A DNA stretch of 64,000 nucleotides from Tubiluchus corallicola (lineage: Eukaryota; Animalia; Priapulida): the NCBI GenBank assembly GCA_030141605.1, contig JAQGDQ010000095.1, forward strand, positions 558,001 to 622,000, given 5' to 3'. Position numbers and translations under genes: made by a program. The notes beneath the pieces were generated by a model, which ran no database searches, was not told the origin of the DNA, and worked only from the letters and a program-made list of their open reading frames with translations. The stretch's first letter is position 1. Every line of letters starts with the position of its first letter. This document shows positions 29,701 through 64,000 of the stretch, one piece after another.

Positions 29701-31952
29701 CAATAATGTGCTTATTAAACTGACAAATTTACAACCACATTTTTAATGAAAAGATGAGTTAAACTGACAGAGTTACTGAGCTTGTTTCACAGAATGTTGC
29801 AACACTTTTAGCTAGCATAATCGTGCTGTGTACATCTTCTAATTACGATGAATACTTTTACATATGGCAGTAACATCGCATTGTGTCACTCACTTGCTTG
29901 TTAATTGTGTTTTCTAGTCAGCTATTAACATTTTTCAACATAAGTTAGTTTGAAAAGCATTATTGAAAGATAAGCAGCAAGAAGGATAGAATTAACTTAC
30001 TTATTCGTTAGTTCGATGGATCCTTATTGAGACATTTCAGTTATCCAATTTTTAGGTTGCTTGTAATTATGTAACTCTATAATTAGATCTTTTTCACCAA
30101 GAAGCTAGGATAATTTTCATTCCCGTTGTTGTTGTTTACGCAATAAGTTTTATCCAGTTTTTATACCTTGGTGTCACAATTATAGAGTAACTTCATATTC
30201 TAAAGTTTTTACAATAAAACGGATAAAAAAGATGGCAGTGCTAAATGGCATTCTAAATTATATAATTATTCCTGAAATGAATTTCATGACAAATGTGAAT
30301 GGCACTTCAAATAACATTGTAGTTGGGCAGAAAAAAAACAATAAACGAATTACCCAATGCTTTGCATTCTATACTAGTTTGTACATATATTTTGCATGTT
30401 TAGAAAAATCAAATGACGTCACTGCACACGGCTTGCTCAGTTCAAAACTCCCTACACTGGATAGAATTGTTGTGTGAGCTGGGAGCAGATGTCAATGCTC
30501 AAAACACAGAAGGACAATCTCCATTACATATATGTCTTTTAGGTAAGTAATAAATACTGTGATCCATTGCATACCCATCTCCAACTGGCAACTATTTCCA
30601 TGTCGTTTTCTTTAAATGGCAACTTCATTAAAACACTAAAAGCAAAGCATAAAAACTACTAAATGTTTCGATCAATGGACTGTTTGTGTTACAAGTGATG
30701 AAGACTTATATAAGCCTAATTACCTACAGTAAATGTATGTGTAATTAGAGCCAATTGGTGAGGTGTAAATGTACAAAGTATCGCAATTCCTTAATCTTTG
30801 TTTTCGTAATACCAGTGTACTTTCTGTTTAAATACGACTGTCTAAATGACTTCTAACTATACATAAATTTACTGAAGGCAATTCTTCATGGCTTGTAACA
30901 TAAAATAGTCCATTGATGATGACTGCTAGCTGTTTGCAGTTCAAACGTCAGGACGTTTTTTATGCTTTGGTTTTACGGTTTTAGTAAAAGTTATTTAAAA
31001 AAGATATTTCTATTTCTGTTTTTGTAGTGTTCTGTTAATTTGGGAAAATTTCCATCTAAACCTGTGTTTACAGCATTTTAGACAGTTTGCATCTCAGTGA
31101 TATAAAACATCAATGACTAAGTTGCAAGTAATCACTGGCTCACATCAATATTCACAAAGTGTATGAAGTTGTAATGAATTACTACATGTACTGGATATAG
31201 TAGAGACTTGCTGTAAATATTGTGAGCAGGCAATTGTCTCATGTGCTGATATCTTTTTTGTAGGTAGTACCCAAAGTCCCTTTTCTCAGATGCAAGAAAT
31301 GGTAACTATTCTAATAAAATATGGTGCAGATCCTAATGTATTAGACCACGCAGGAGAAAATGTTCTTTTGTACATTCGAACAATACTCCAACAAGGTGCT
31401 TTCAGTCTAGCAAAATGTCTAGCTGAAATACTGCTCGAAAATGGTGCAGATGTCTCATGTCGGAATTGTCACCAAAAGACTTTACTGGCTTACAGTATAG
31501 GATATTTAGATAATAGTATAGCACTCACCCGGTTGCTTATAAACTATGGTGCATTTGTGTGGGACACGCAGGGCCAGGACGACACGGACCATTCCGCGTT
31601 CTCGTGGTATCTCAAAGCTGTGATCAACCAGTCTCAGTTCACAAATTGTACAGTTACGCTGGAGCTCATATCGCGCGTGATGGGCGAGTACCCAAAGCTA
31701 ATGTATGCGCACATGTTGAGGACTATGTTCAGACATGTTCGTTGTTTCCGAATTTTTGGCCCAGTGTTCCTACAAATTAAGCATGTCATGATGAAATACT
31801 GGACTGGGCCACCACATCTCAGGTACTTGTGCTGGCGTGCCATCCGCAAGTCAATGAGTCCGACTCGAATCCAGCGTGATGCGTGTCACCTAAGAATACC
31901 ACTTCGATTGGAGCGGTATCTCACGATGGAAGATATTGCCTGTGATAGGTAA
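26774..31952 (+). CDS. Ankyrin repeat and SOCS box (ASB-type) protein, ~441 aa, 6 coding exons
   Basis: Exons 26774-26830, 27980-28098, 28702-28916, 29191-29297, 30404-30542, 31264-31952; all GT-AG, phases consistent, total 1326 nt. Ankyrin motifs (LLIQHGADVH, TSLHTAC...LGADVNAQNTEGQSPLH, YGADPN, NGADVS) and C-terminal SOCS box PPHLRYLCWRAIRKSM...LRIPLRLERYL. The first two exons are less certain. Confidence 0.85.
27795..27870. repeat. Degenerate (ACA)n trinucleotide repeat
   Basis: Visible units in intron 1 of the ASB-type gene. Confidence 0.8.
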
Positions 31953-34491
31953 AATTAGCTGCTAGTAATTAGGAGCCGAGCGATATGCGATTAGCCATAC
32001 ATCTACTAGTCAATTACCTGAAATGTCACTTTTTAGTTCCACATGGTGTCATGAAATCAACACTGGATTATTAAATAATATCACACATTCTTGCATTACT
32101 ATTCTGGACATCCATTACTATTTATACATTGCAGAATTCTACAAAGTGGCTGTTGTGTGAACTACACCAAGATTATACTTAGTACAAGTGTGATTTTTTT
32201 TCTTTTCCTAAATGTTGTGTAAGCTTGATCATTTTACTGGATCCAGTTTTCTTCTAGATGGAGATGAAAGGTTTGTTTGCAAGAAAAAATGCAGTTAAAA
32301 ACTGAATAAAATTGCATTTACAATTAACAGGCAATTAAAAAATTGTAAGGTATCCCATTTCTAAAGAATTAACTTGTCTAAGCGCACTAGAAAACATAAC
32401 AGCTAACCCAGCGCCCCCACATTCTTCAAAACTTTAAGACCAGAATCAGTCAGAGACGATTATCTGGGTATGCAAAGAAGATACAACTAGGTACATTAGA
32501 TGTGCGAGAGCCAATGGGCCAGGAGCTGTAATTATGTGGTTAATGGTATGCCATCAATTGCGTATGGAAATTAGTCATGATTTACAGGAGGAAGACGACT
32601 ATACTCCTTTACAAAAGTATTAAAAAGCACGTCTGACAAAGAATGTTTAATGAAGGCGCTATTGGGAATTAATATCTGCAATTTCACGTTACTTCTCAGT
32701 TTTTGCAATGTAACTTTTATGAATGTAGTGTCAAGTGTAGTTATGTTTATTAAATGTTGTTGACCATTTCTTTTTATCATGCTCAATAAGCACATTAAGT
32801 AACTGTGATGTTGTTAAGTGTACCATTCCTTGTAACGCCCTAAATTATTATCGTCTTGATGCCAAAGCTATTGTAATGTACCAGAATGCCCGGCATTGCT
32901 TGTATGCACTTAACTGAAAAGGTATGTAGGCGCATTATAAGACATTTAATGTCTACATTCATATCTCAAACTATTCCAAAATCAATACAAATTTGAGACA
33001 TGAATCGTATGTATGTATCAAGGAAGTTTAATGTTAAATTCAACGGGCACATGTGTTCTTTTAACTTGCTTTTATGTTAATTATTACTGAAAAGTGAACA
33101 TTTCAATAAGAGCAGTCAATTTTAGATAAATATGGAAGAATAGAGAAGTGTGTTGAATCTAGGTGCACTAATAAACAGACTGTAGGGATTGCAACTGTAT
33201 ATTGTAGAAACAAATTGTTGTTCTTGCACTTTTTACAAGCTCTAAGCAACTACAAAATAGATTTACTGTTTTTTATACCTATTTATGTTACCATACTTTC
33301 TAAATGGCACTGTGTTGTTTGGCAAATTGGCAATTGCTGGGCTATATATTCATGTTATTGCCATTTATTGCATTTAAATGTTGTATTCATTGTTAACTTT
33401 ATTCATGTTATATGTGGCAGTGATAAACAGTTTAATAACATATCTTGCCATTGATGTTATTTTTTAGATAAACTGTTCATGGCAATTCTGCAAACGCTCA
33501 ATGAGCCGATCTGTTTTCATTTCTCTTGTAGAAACAGTTTTTATTCACTTGCACAATGACACACAATTGTCAAAAATAAATGTCCATCATTTTAACAAAA
33601 TATACATTAATCCACATGTATTATTATTCTGATTTAATCATATCATTTTGGTGAAATATAGCAATGTAAAGGTGGAATGCCCTAAATTTATCAGTGCTGT
33701 ACTATCCATAGTGAGATAACTTATGACATATATTACAAGGTTAAAACTTGTCTTTGCAATCTGTCTTTTTAAACAAATTGTGCAGTTTTTCCTGATCAAG
33801 GAACATGATTATGCAGACAAGCCATTTGTGTCTACTCAATATATAGTCACAACTGGAATGCATAGCATAAAAAGGAATAAATTACATAAGCTGGCGTAAT
33901 TGGTTGATTTCATCAAAGTTTAACCATAATGTTGCATTTTAACTTATAGTTCGCAGCAGTGCACATGACGGATCAAATTTACAATCACAATTCATGTTGT
34001 GACTTGAATATTTTAAAATAATAGATCAAAATTGATCAAACCTAAATAACATGCTACTTAGTTTTTTAACTTGTTGTTGGAATTTGACTTATTGTGTGCT
34101 ATATTAATAGTTTTACTGTTCAATTATTGTACTTGCTGTATTGTACAATATACATAACATTTTAACCTATTATGTGTCAACTTTACTCATTCATTTTTTC
34201 TATTTGTATGTTATGTCATTATGCTCAAACCCAAACTTTTAAGTAAACTATTGTTAAAAAAACTAAACTTTGATCATTTTTGTTTCGATGTGTATTTAGA
34301 AATGAAAAAAATGACAAGGGTATTTTGCAGTGATGTGTTATAGCAACAATTTTCTTTTTAATATAGCTAGGTTATGGCTCCAAAACTTGCTACAAAATGT
34401 AGGACTCATGCTTGCAGTGTAAAATTGCATAAACAAAAAAATGAAAGCACTAAGAATGTAATTGTAGCGTTCCAAGTTTTATACTCTAACT

Positions 34492-35021
34492 CACTGGTTC
34501 CCAACCTTTTGTTGACGGCGACCCCTTTCCAGAACCCTGCATCATATCACAACCTCACGAAGAACACATGTTACAATATTAAACACCATTATCATTCGCA
34601 TTTATTAGTTTTAACTTATTATTCAACAAATTATTGAACAATGAGTGATTGCTTCATTAATGGGATGGTTGCACCCGTTTCTCAGCGACCAGTAATGCAA
34701 CAGCAATAGGTATCTAAGGTAAAATGAACAGTGACATGCTTTCGGGCAGTGTACACTGTACACAAGTGTACAGCACGGAACAATGTGCATTTTCATTTTT
34801 CTGGAAAATCAAGCACTGATATGTCGCATTTAGAGCGGGAAAACCCAGTTTCACTTTCCAGAACAAAATGATGTAATGAGAGAGTGACAAAACAAGACCT
34901 ACTTACATACATTTCATGAAAACAGCATTTTTTAAAAATAGTTTTTGGACTAGCCTGCGACTCCACGAAACGTGCTTGGAGACCCCAATTGGGGTCATGA
35001 TCCCAAGGTTAGGAACCCATG
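34492..35021. mobile_element. Non-autonomous hAT (Charlie-like) element
   Basis: TIRs CACTGGTTCCCAACC ... GGTTAGGAACCCATG; 8-bp TSD ctctaact / ctttaact (1 mismatch); subterminal palindrome GACCCCAATTGGGGTC. Confidence 0.85.
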
Positions 35022-36159
35022 CTTTAACTTATATTGAAGTGGATCTTGTGGAAATAATCAAGTATTCAAGCACTAGTTCTTATAAAATAATTTTATTTTA
35101 TATAATGTAGAGTTGTAGACAAATGCAGTCACCTAACAGCAATTCTGTTTCAAATAATCATAAAATTATAAAACACTTTAAAGTGTTTTTACATAGATTA
35201 GGCCCATAACTTTATACTCTGATAGCAATTTCACTCAAGTAAGTGACTTAAGTGGAATCAAATTTAAAGAAGCAAAGATTTTAAAATTAAACTTTTACAG
35301 CACACAAAGCATAGTCATCATTAACATTTTCTTGTTAGAAAGACTTTAATAATTTTACCAAAATAAATAAACTATTCCACAAATCCACAAATACTAAAAG
35401 CTAACACATTTTGAAGCAGTTTCACCATGAAGCTGAGTTTATGGCTCACATAATATTGCTTTTTTAAAAAAATTTAAATTTATGAAATTATGACCAATGG
35501 GGGATGTCAATCATGTCATTTTGATTCTTTTAGTAATGAAGAATATGCAGTCTGTATGGCAACTGCAATGGGTTTAAAAATTTATTGGCATCTTGCAAAC
35601 TGTCAGAAAGTTGTTAATGGAATAGAAATATTGACCCAAACTAGAAGAGAAATTGCACTAAACTGTATATGCAACTTCTGAAAATAGAGGCCTGAAAAGC
35701 ATAAACCAGTAGAGCAATCAATATATGCAACGTGGTATGAAATGTTTAAGAATGAGCATTTCTGAGACAATTCTCAAGCAACTTTTCCTGTCTGCCAGAG
35801 TACAAATGCCAGTTGCAGTCAAATATAAGAAAGAGTTAACAAACTTGCAACTCAACTCTAGACCTATATTAACTTGGTGTTTATATTAAAAAGCACAGAT
35901 CTATTAACCATTTTACCGTTATGCCACACAACATTCAATATAAAAACTGATACTTTGTTTATTCAAATAGAAGCCAGGTGTAGTTACTAAAGACTTCTTA
36001 CAATGTACTGGAAGAGATAAACACAAGTTTTCTAGGTCTCAAATTTTGTTATTGCTGGATATTTATGGATTAAGTTAATGCTGGTATTTGAATAAACACA
36101 ATAACACAAGGCACCTGAAGACTGTGATGAGAAGAATCATTCTAGCAAGAATTACTCTC

Positions 36160-39100
36160 CTATACAACTCGTCGTACTTCGAAGAATCTTCTTAGATAGT
36201 ATACCTGTCCAACTGTCATGGCAACGAGAACTAAAGCCTCGAAGAATGACCATAACACTACACGAGAGTTCGTGTTATCATTAACTGAAGAAAAAAAATT
36301 AATAAAATTTTAGGAGTTTTACTGTTCTGTATATCATACCTACTTATCTGATTAATTGCCAAGTACCTCACCATTGAACTTTACCAAATTATAACTGGCT
36401 TTTAAGTTTTTTGTATATGTTTGAACAATTACTGCAAAAAACTAATAACAAGTGTGCACTGAAAGTCCACAGTAAAAATCAGTGGATTAGAGTTTTTATC
36501 ATAAAGGTTTTAATATTATTTGTTTAGTTAATAATAGGGTCAGTCTAAGATCAATAATAAGAAAACACTGTGGTCAGTCTGGCACTTCTGTCAACAGAGC
36601 TTCAAAATCACTAATATTTACTTCATTATTCTAAATTTACGTTCGAGAAAAACTGTCCAAACTTAGTATACCAAAAACTGCAGAAAATACAGTACAATTC
36701 AGAAGACAAGTAATTGTCATAATAATTATTTTATTTACATTCAACCAGTTAATATTACAGTTACGTGCACTAATCTACGTATACTAGCTATGGCCTGATC
36801 TATTTTTGGTAATAAAATGAACAAATTTCAAAACTGAAAAAAATTTCATATCTTACTCGATCTGTGTATCCTGTCTCTGACTTCCATGTACTCCTGTTCA
36901 TGTTTGACTCCTATTAATCCTGTTGATAACTGATTTATCATGTCTTCTAGCCGCTGTTGCACATCTGAAAATAAAACATTTATATATTAATGCTTTAAAG
37001 CAGAATACACTTTCAGTAATACTGTATTTTCTACTCTTATTCACTCCAAAGAACAAAGATGCTTACTATGTCACCAAAATTCAAGTAGCACTGTATAACT
37101 GTAGTAATGCAGAAACTTTTAATACGCTTAATTAAAGACATATCTTTATAACGAATCCTTTAGATAGCCTATTTACAACAGTCTATTTACAATAAATTTA
37201 CCTACGCTTTATATTATCACTGTTTTAACTTGTATTTCATTGCCCAATTACCTATGAAAATTTATTAGCAATGTCTTAACGTGTATTTCATGCATCATGC
37301 TGGTCTTAATTTTTCCTTTCTGTTTTTATATATCAATTATTGTTACTTGTCAGCAGTGTTGCTCAAGATGCAATGTCATGCTGTAAAAATCAATTATGTA
37401 ATTATCATTAAGAAGATACTGTATGGAACATGTTTGTAAGCCATGCATGTGTAGAAAAAACTTAAAAATCAATACATATTTGTCTTACAGTGTGTAATAA
37501 GTACAAAAATTACATGGAAACGAGTTGGCAAAAAAGCAATGGTCAGGACAGCACAACGTAACTGATCGACTACCAACTGCTTACAAAGCTTGCATTCTTG
37601 CATAAGCATAACATAAAAGCATGTCCTGCTTAACGTCAAAGCTCCATAAAGGAAAGTAGGAAACCATTAACCAAACGTGCACTCCTAAAAGACTGACGTA
37701 CTACGTAGCAGGAAATTGTTCCAAGCACTACATTTACCACAAGTTAATTTATTCAGACTCAGGTAAAATGAATGTAGGTTGTTACTGATTGAAGTAAAAT
37801 TATGTCTACACCAGTCACTTCAGAACAATTTCACATCAAAGTCTTACTCACTCCACAGTGGATTAAATACAAGGTACAATACCACCAAATAAATAATGAT
37901 AAATGAGACTGCTTACTGATTGCTTAGGATGTAATTTTCTCACATACAGTGTGTTTTAAATGGCAGCACTGTTAATGTGATAAAAAAAGACATAATTATT
38001 TTTTTATACCATGAATTCACTTATTCTTTAATTTATAAGACAGAAATACGATACTGCATTCGCTATGCAGTTCATTGTTGTTTATTATCAAATTCAGTGC
38101 TGTATGTGTTTCAATGTTTTTATTATGGACTCAATGTAATAATAACTACCAAATTGTTTTTATAAATAATTAACACTAGTTTGGAAACGTAGCTGATTAT
38201 TATTATTATTATTATTAGTTATTATTACTATCTTTATCATTATTGTGCATTTTACTCACACCTTAAAATTGATATTGCACATGTACATTGTACAATGATG
38301 TCAGTATGCAACAAACATATACAAATAAAGGTATGAATTAGGAATGTAATAAAAGGATTAGTATGCTACATTAATATAGTATGCTATATTAAAGTTTTTG
38401 CTACTATTTCATTACAATTCCCAGCCAAACTCAATAGAATATTATTAATGGCACCAAAGAATTTTCAGTGATATCAATACAAAATTAGTCCGAGAATGAT
38501 TTCATGAGGCTGTCCACGCATCTTGGGTTCATGAATATGGATATGAATTTATTGACAGTTCTGCTGATCTGATATAGCACCTACTTTTTGTGCAACACAA
38601 TTCTGAGAAACAGGAATGGGTGTTGTTATTCATTTATAAACGTAAGTCAGAAACGTATTGCAGTGCAATAGCCTGATTAATCATCCCATACAGTTTTACT
38701 TCATCCACTCGCACCACCAGCATTCACCATGGGTTGCATTCTATTTATCTTCTACTTAACTGACAACTTTTGCCTGTATATAAGCCCTGGTCCCTGTTAG
38801 TGTCTGTTGTACTTTGTTCAGTGACTTTATACTTCCGCTGTGTTTTTTCTATGTACTTCACAGTACTTGCATCCCTTTCATGAGTTAATAATATAAATAA
38901 AAAATTCCCCAAAAAATTAGTTTACTAGTTCTATAATTCCTTGTGATTTTTTCTCTTTTTTGTTCACCCGAAGAACTAAAGAAGTAGTTCGAAACACTGT
39001 GTCCCTTCTTTCTTTTCCCTTGCTTTTTAATTATGGGATTTTTTATTCGTTCACAATTTGCCCTTCTAATATTTTAGACAGTAGATTATTTTGACATGTA

Positions 39101-39962
39101 ACACATAAATTACCTACCATGCGTATCCTCTTCAGGTGATGAAGGGGTATCGATGTCCATTGTAAACATAACAATTTTTGGCGTCATCGTTGACATTTTA
39201 TTGCTAAAACAATATGTGTAGACGCCATCTTTGTCAGCTGCAAACGTGTACTTTCCATTTGATTCTCTATCCCCTTGATAGATCACTTTGCCTTCTGGAC
39301 CTTCAAGCTGTTAAAAATATTTTGTATATATTATATTTCTTGGCAGTGTTCCAAATATCATACACTACTTAATACATATGCAACAGATGCCTTTCTTATT
39401 TATACTTTAGAAACATCAATGCCATAAATTGCATACATGTATAAGAGTCACTGTACACAATTTTTACCATTTTTCAAACAGTAGTAGTACCACAAAACTA
39501 CAACTTAAAACTACAATACCTATGCCTTCAATGATACCGTAACAGTGATGCAAAAGTACCTTAGGTGGTGATTAGCAATTGTTCTTTTGTTGTAATTTTG
39601 AACTCGAAATAAGATAAACGAAGCTGCTTTTTTCAACTCTAACAGAAACAATGAGCCAAATGACATATTTTGTGTAACTCGCTATACATTCATCAACTCC
39701 ACCTAAACCTAAACTGCAAACTACACCCTCTGTTGACAATGAAAGAGCGTGCTGATTAGATCATCAAAATTATTACTTTAACATCGATATCCAAGAAACC
39801 GCCTTCAGCAACTTCGAACATTAAGCTTAATTTTGTGCCTTTAGTCACTTTGTCATAAAAGCATTCTTCTGCATGTGCATCTATGTGTATAAAATAACAG
39901 TCAACTGAAACAATAGCTGCTAAGCAAATAATTATATTTAATATCACTTCAAAGTAATTCAT
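36160..39962 (-). CDS. TMED2: Transmembrane emp24 domain-containing protein 2 (p24 beta), 202 aa, 4 exons
   Basis: Exons 39962-39777, 39307-39118, 36964-36857, 36284-36160 (609 nt). Signal peptide, [69 protein letters not shown] and C-terminal FFEVRRVV are diagnostic of TMED2. Confidence 0.97.
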
Positions 39963-40407
39963 TGTTGCATCGGAGGATTAAATAAAAATTCACAAGTAAC
40001 TACTGAAACTAAATAATTTAGAAAACAGCCACGCAATGATAAATTTGTACTTCCATCTAGTGGCCAATTACAAAAAAATTATTAGTAATTTATACAATTT
40101 TGCACGTAAAATGACAGCTGCATACCATTTTGATCAGTTCTTACGCAATCTTCAATATATTTAACTTATTTAACATTTTTCGTTAAAAGTTTTAACTTTT
40201 GTTTTTTTCTAGCTTGAAAAATACTAACCGGAAATTACGTCAGTCTGACTCAGTTTGGCGTCATTGCTAGTGGTCAGTTAGAGTACCTAGTGAGAGCCTG
40301 AGAAGTCTGTTTTCAGTCCGATGCAGTATGTGAAATGACGAAATTTCGTTATATGTGTAGAGACTTTTTTCTATAAAGTATTATCAGTTTCTTCGTCTTG
40401 CGATAAA
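39963..40407. promoter_or_regulatory. Bidirectional promoter between TMED2 and RILPL
   Basis: 445 bp between divergent ATGs. CTCF-like CCATCTAGTGGC (40053-40064), TTACGCAAT (40141), ETS/CRE-like ACCGGAAATTACGTCA (40227-40242), AP-1 TGACTCA (40246-40252). Confidence 0.75.
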
Positions 40408-63609
<23,202 letters not shown>

Positions 63610-64000
63610 GGCAGAAATTTACTAGAACAAGCTTCTTATCAACTTCTTGTGATATAAAAACGTTTTTAGGCTGAGATTTTTTTCAGTAGTTGGAAAAGCT
63701 CATTATTTTGTGTAATAGCACTATGTCACTTTCTGCTTTACTTATTGTTAGAAGTTTAAGCACCTTGGTGGTTGCATTCATTCACATCACAGCTGGCATG
63801 TAGAAACTTTGCAAATTTCATAGTTAACTTGATCATTCAATTTCAGTTTATTTCAACTCCTATTTGTTGTTTTCTTCTTTTGTTTTTTTTGCATCATTTC
63901 TTTTTGACTTGCATTAATTTTACATTTTGGTGTCAAAAACAAATCAGTTTAAATGCATAAAGTTTATTTAAATTGCAGAGAAATCTTGCCCTGTCTCCAT

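Overview
AT-rich eukaryotic genomic DNA from a non-vertebrate animal, probably a bilaterian (GT-AG introns, LINEs, tRNA-derived SINEs, MITEs, CTCF-like motifs). The species cannot be named from sequence alone. 1-5 kb: three degenerate, 5'-truncated LINEs of different clades (Tx1/L1-like, RTE-X-like, CR1/Crack-like), all on the minus strand and interleaved with microsatellites. 5-26 kb: a ~21-kb interval with no recognisable gene, retaining CpG, rich in enhancer-like motif clusters and bracketed by convergent CTCF-like motifs and an inverted SINE pair. 26.8-32 kb: a 6-coding-exon ankyrin-repeat/SOCS-box gene (+). 36.2-40 kb: TMED2 (-), head-to-head (445 bp between ATGs) with a RILP-like gene (+, 40.4-63.6 kb). 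A complete SLC22 organic-ion transporter gene (-, 54.9-61.4 kb, ~543 aa) appears nested antisense in the ~10-kb last visible RILPL intron. The best signal is in that transporter: a tandemly duplicated, equal-length (197 nt) exon pair encoding TM4-TM6 that keeps frame only if exactly one copy is used. The two versions differ mainly in TM5, at a position aligned to a substrate-pocket residue, which makes this a candidate splicing switch for substrate specificity. All gene models were assembled by hand from splice signals, phase and recalled family motifs; no database search was run.
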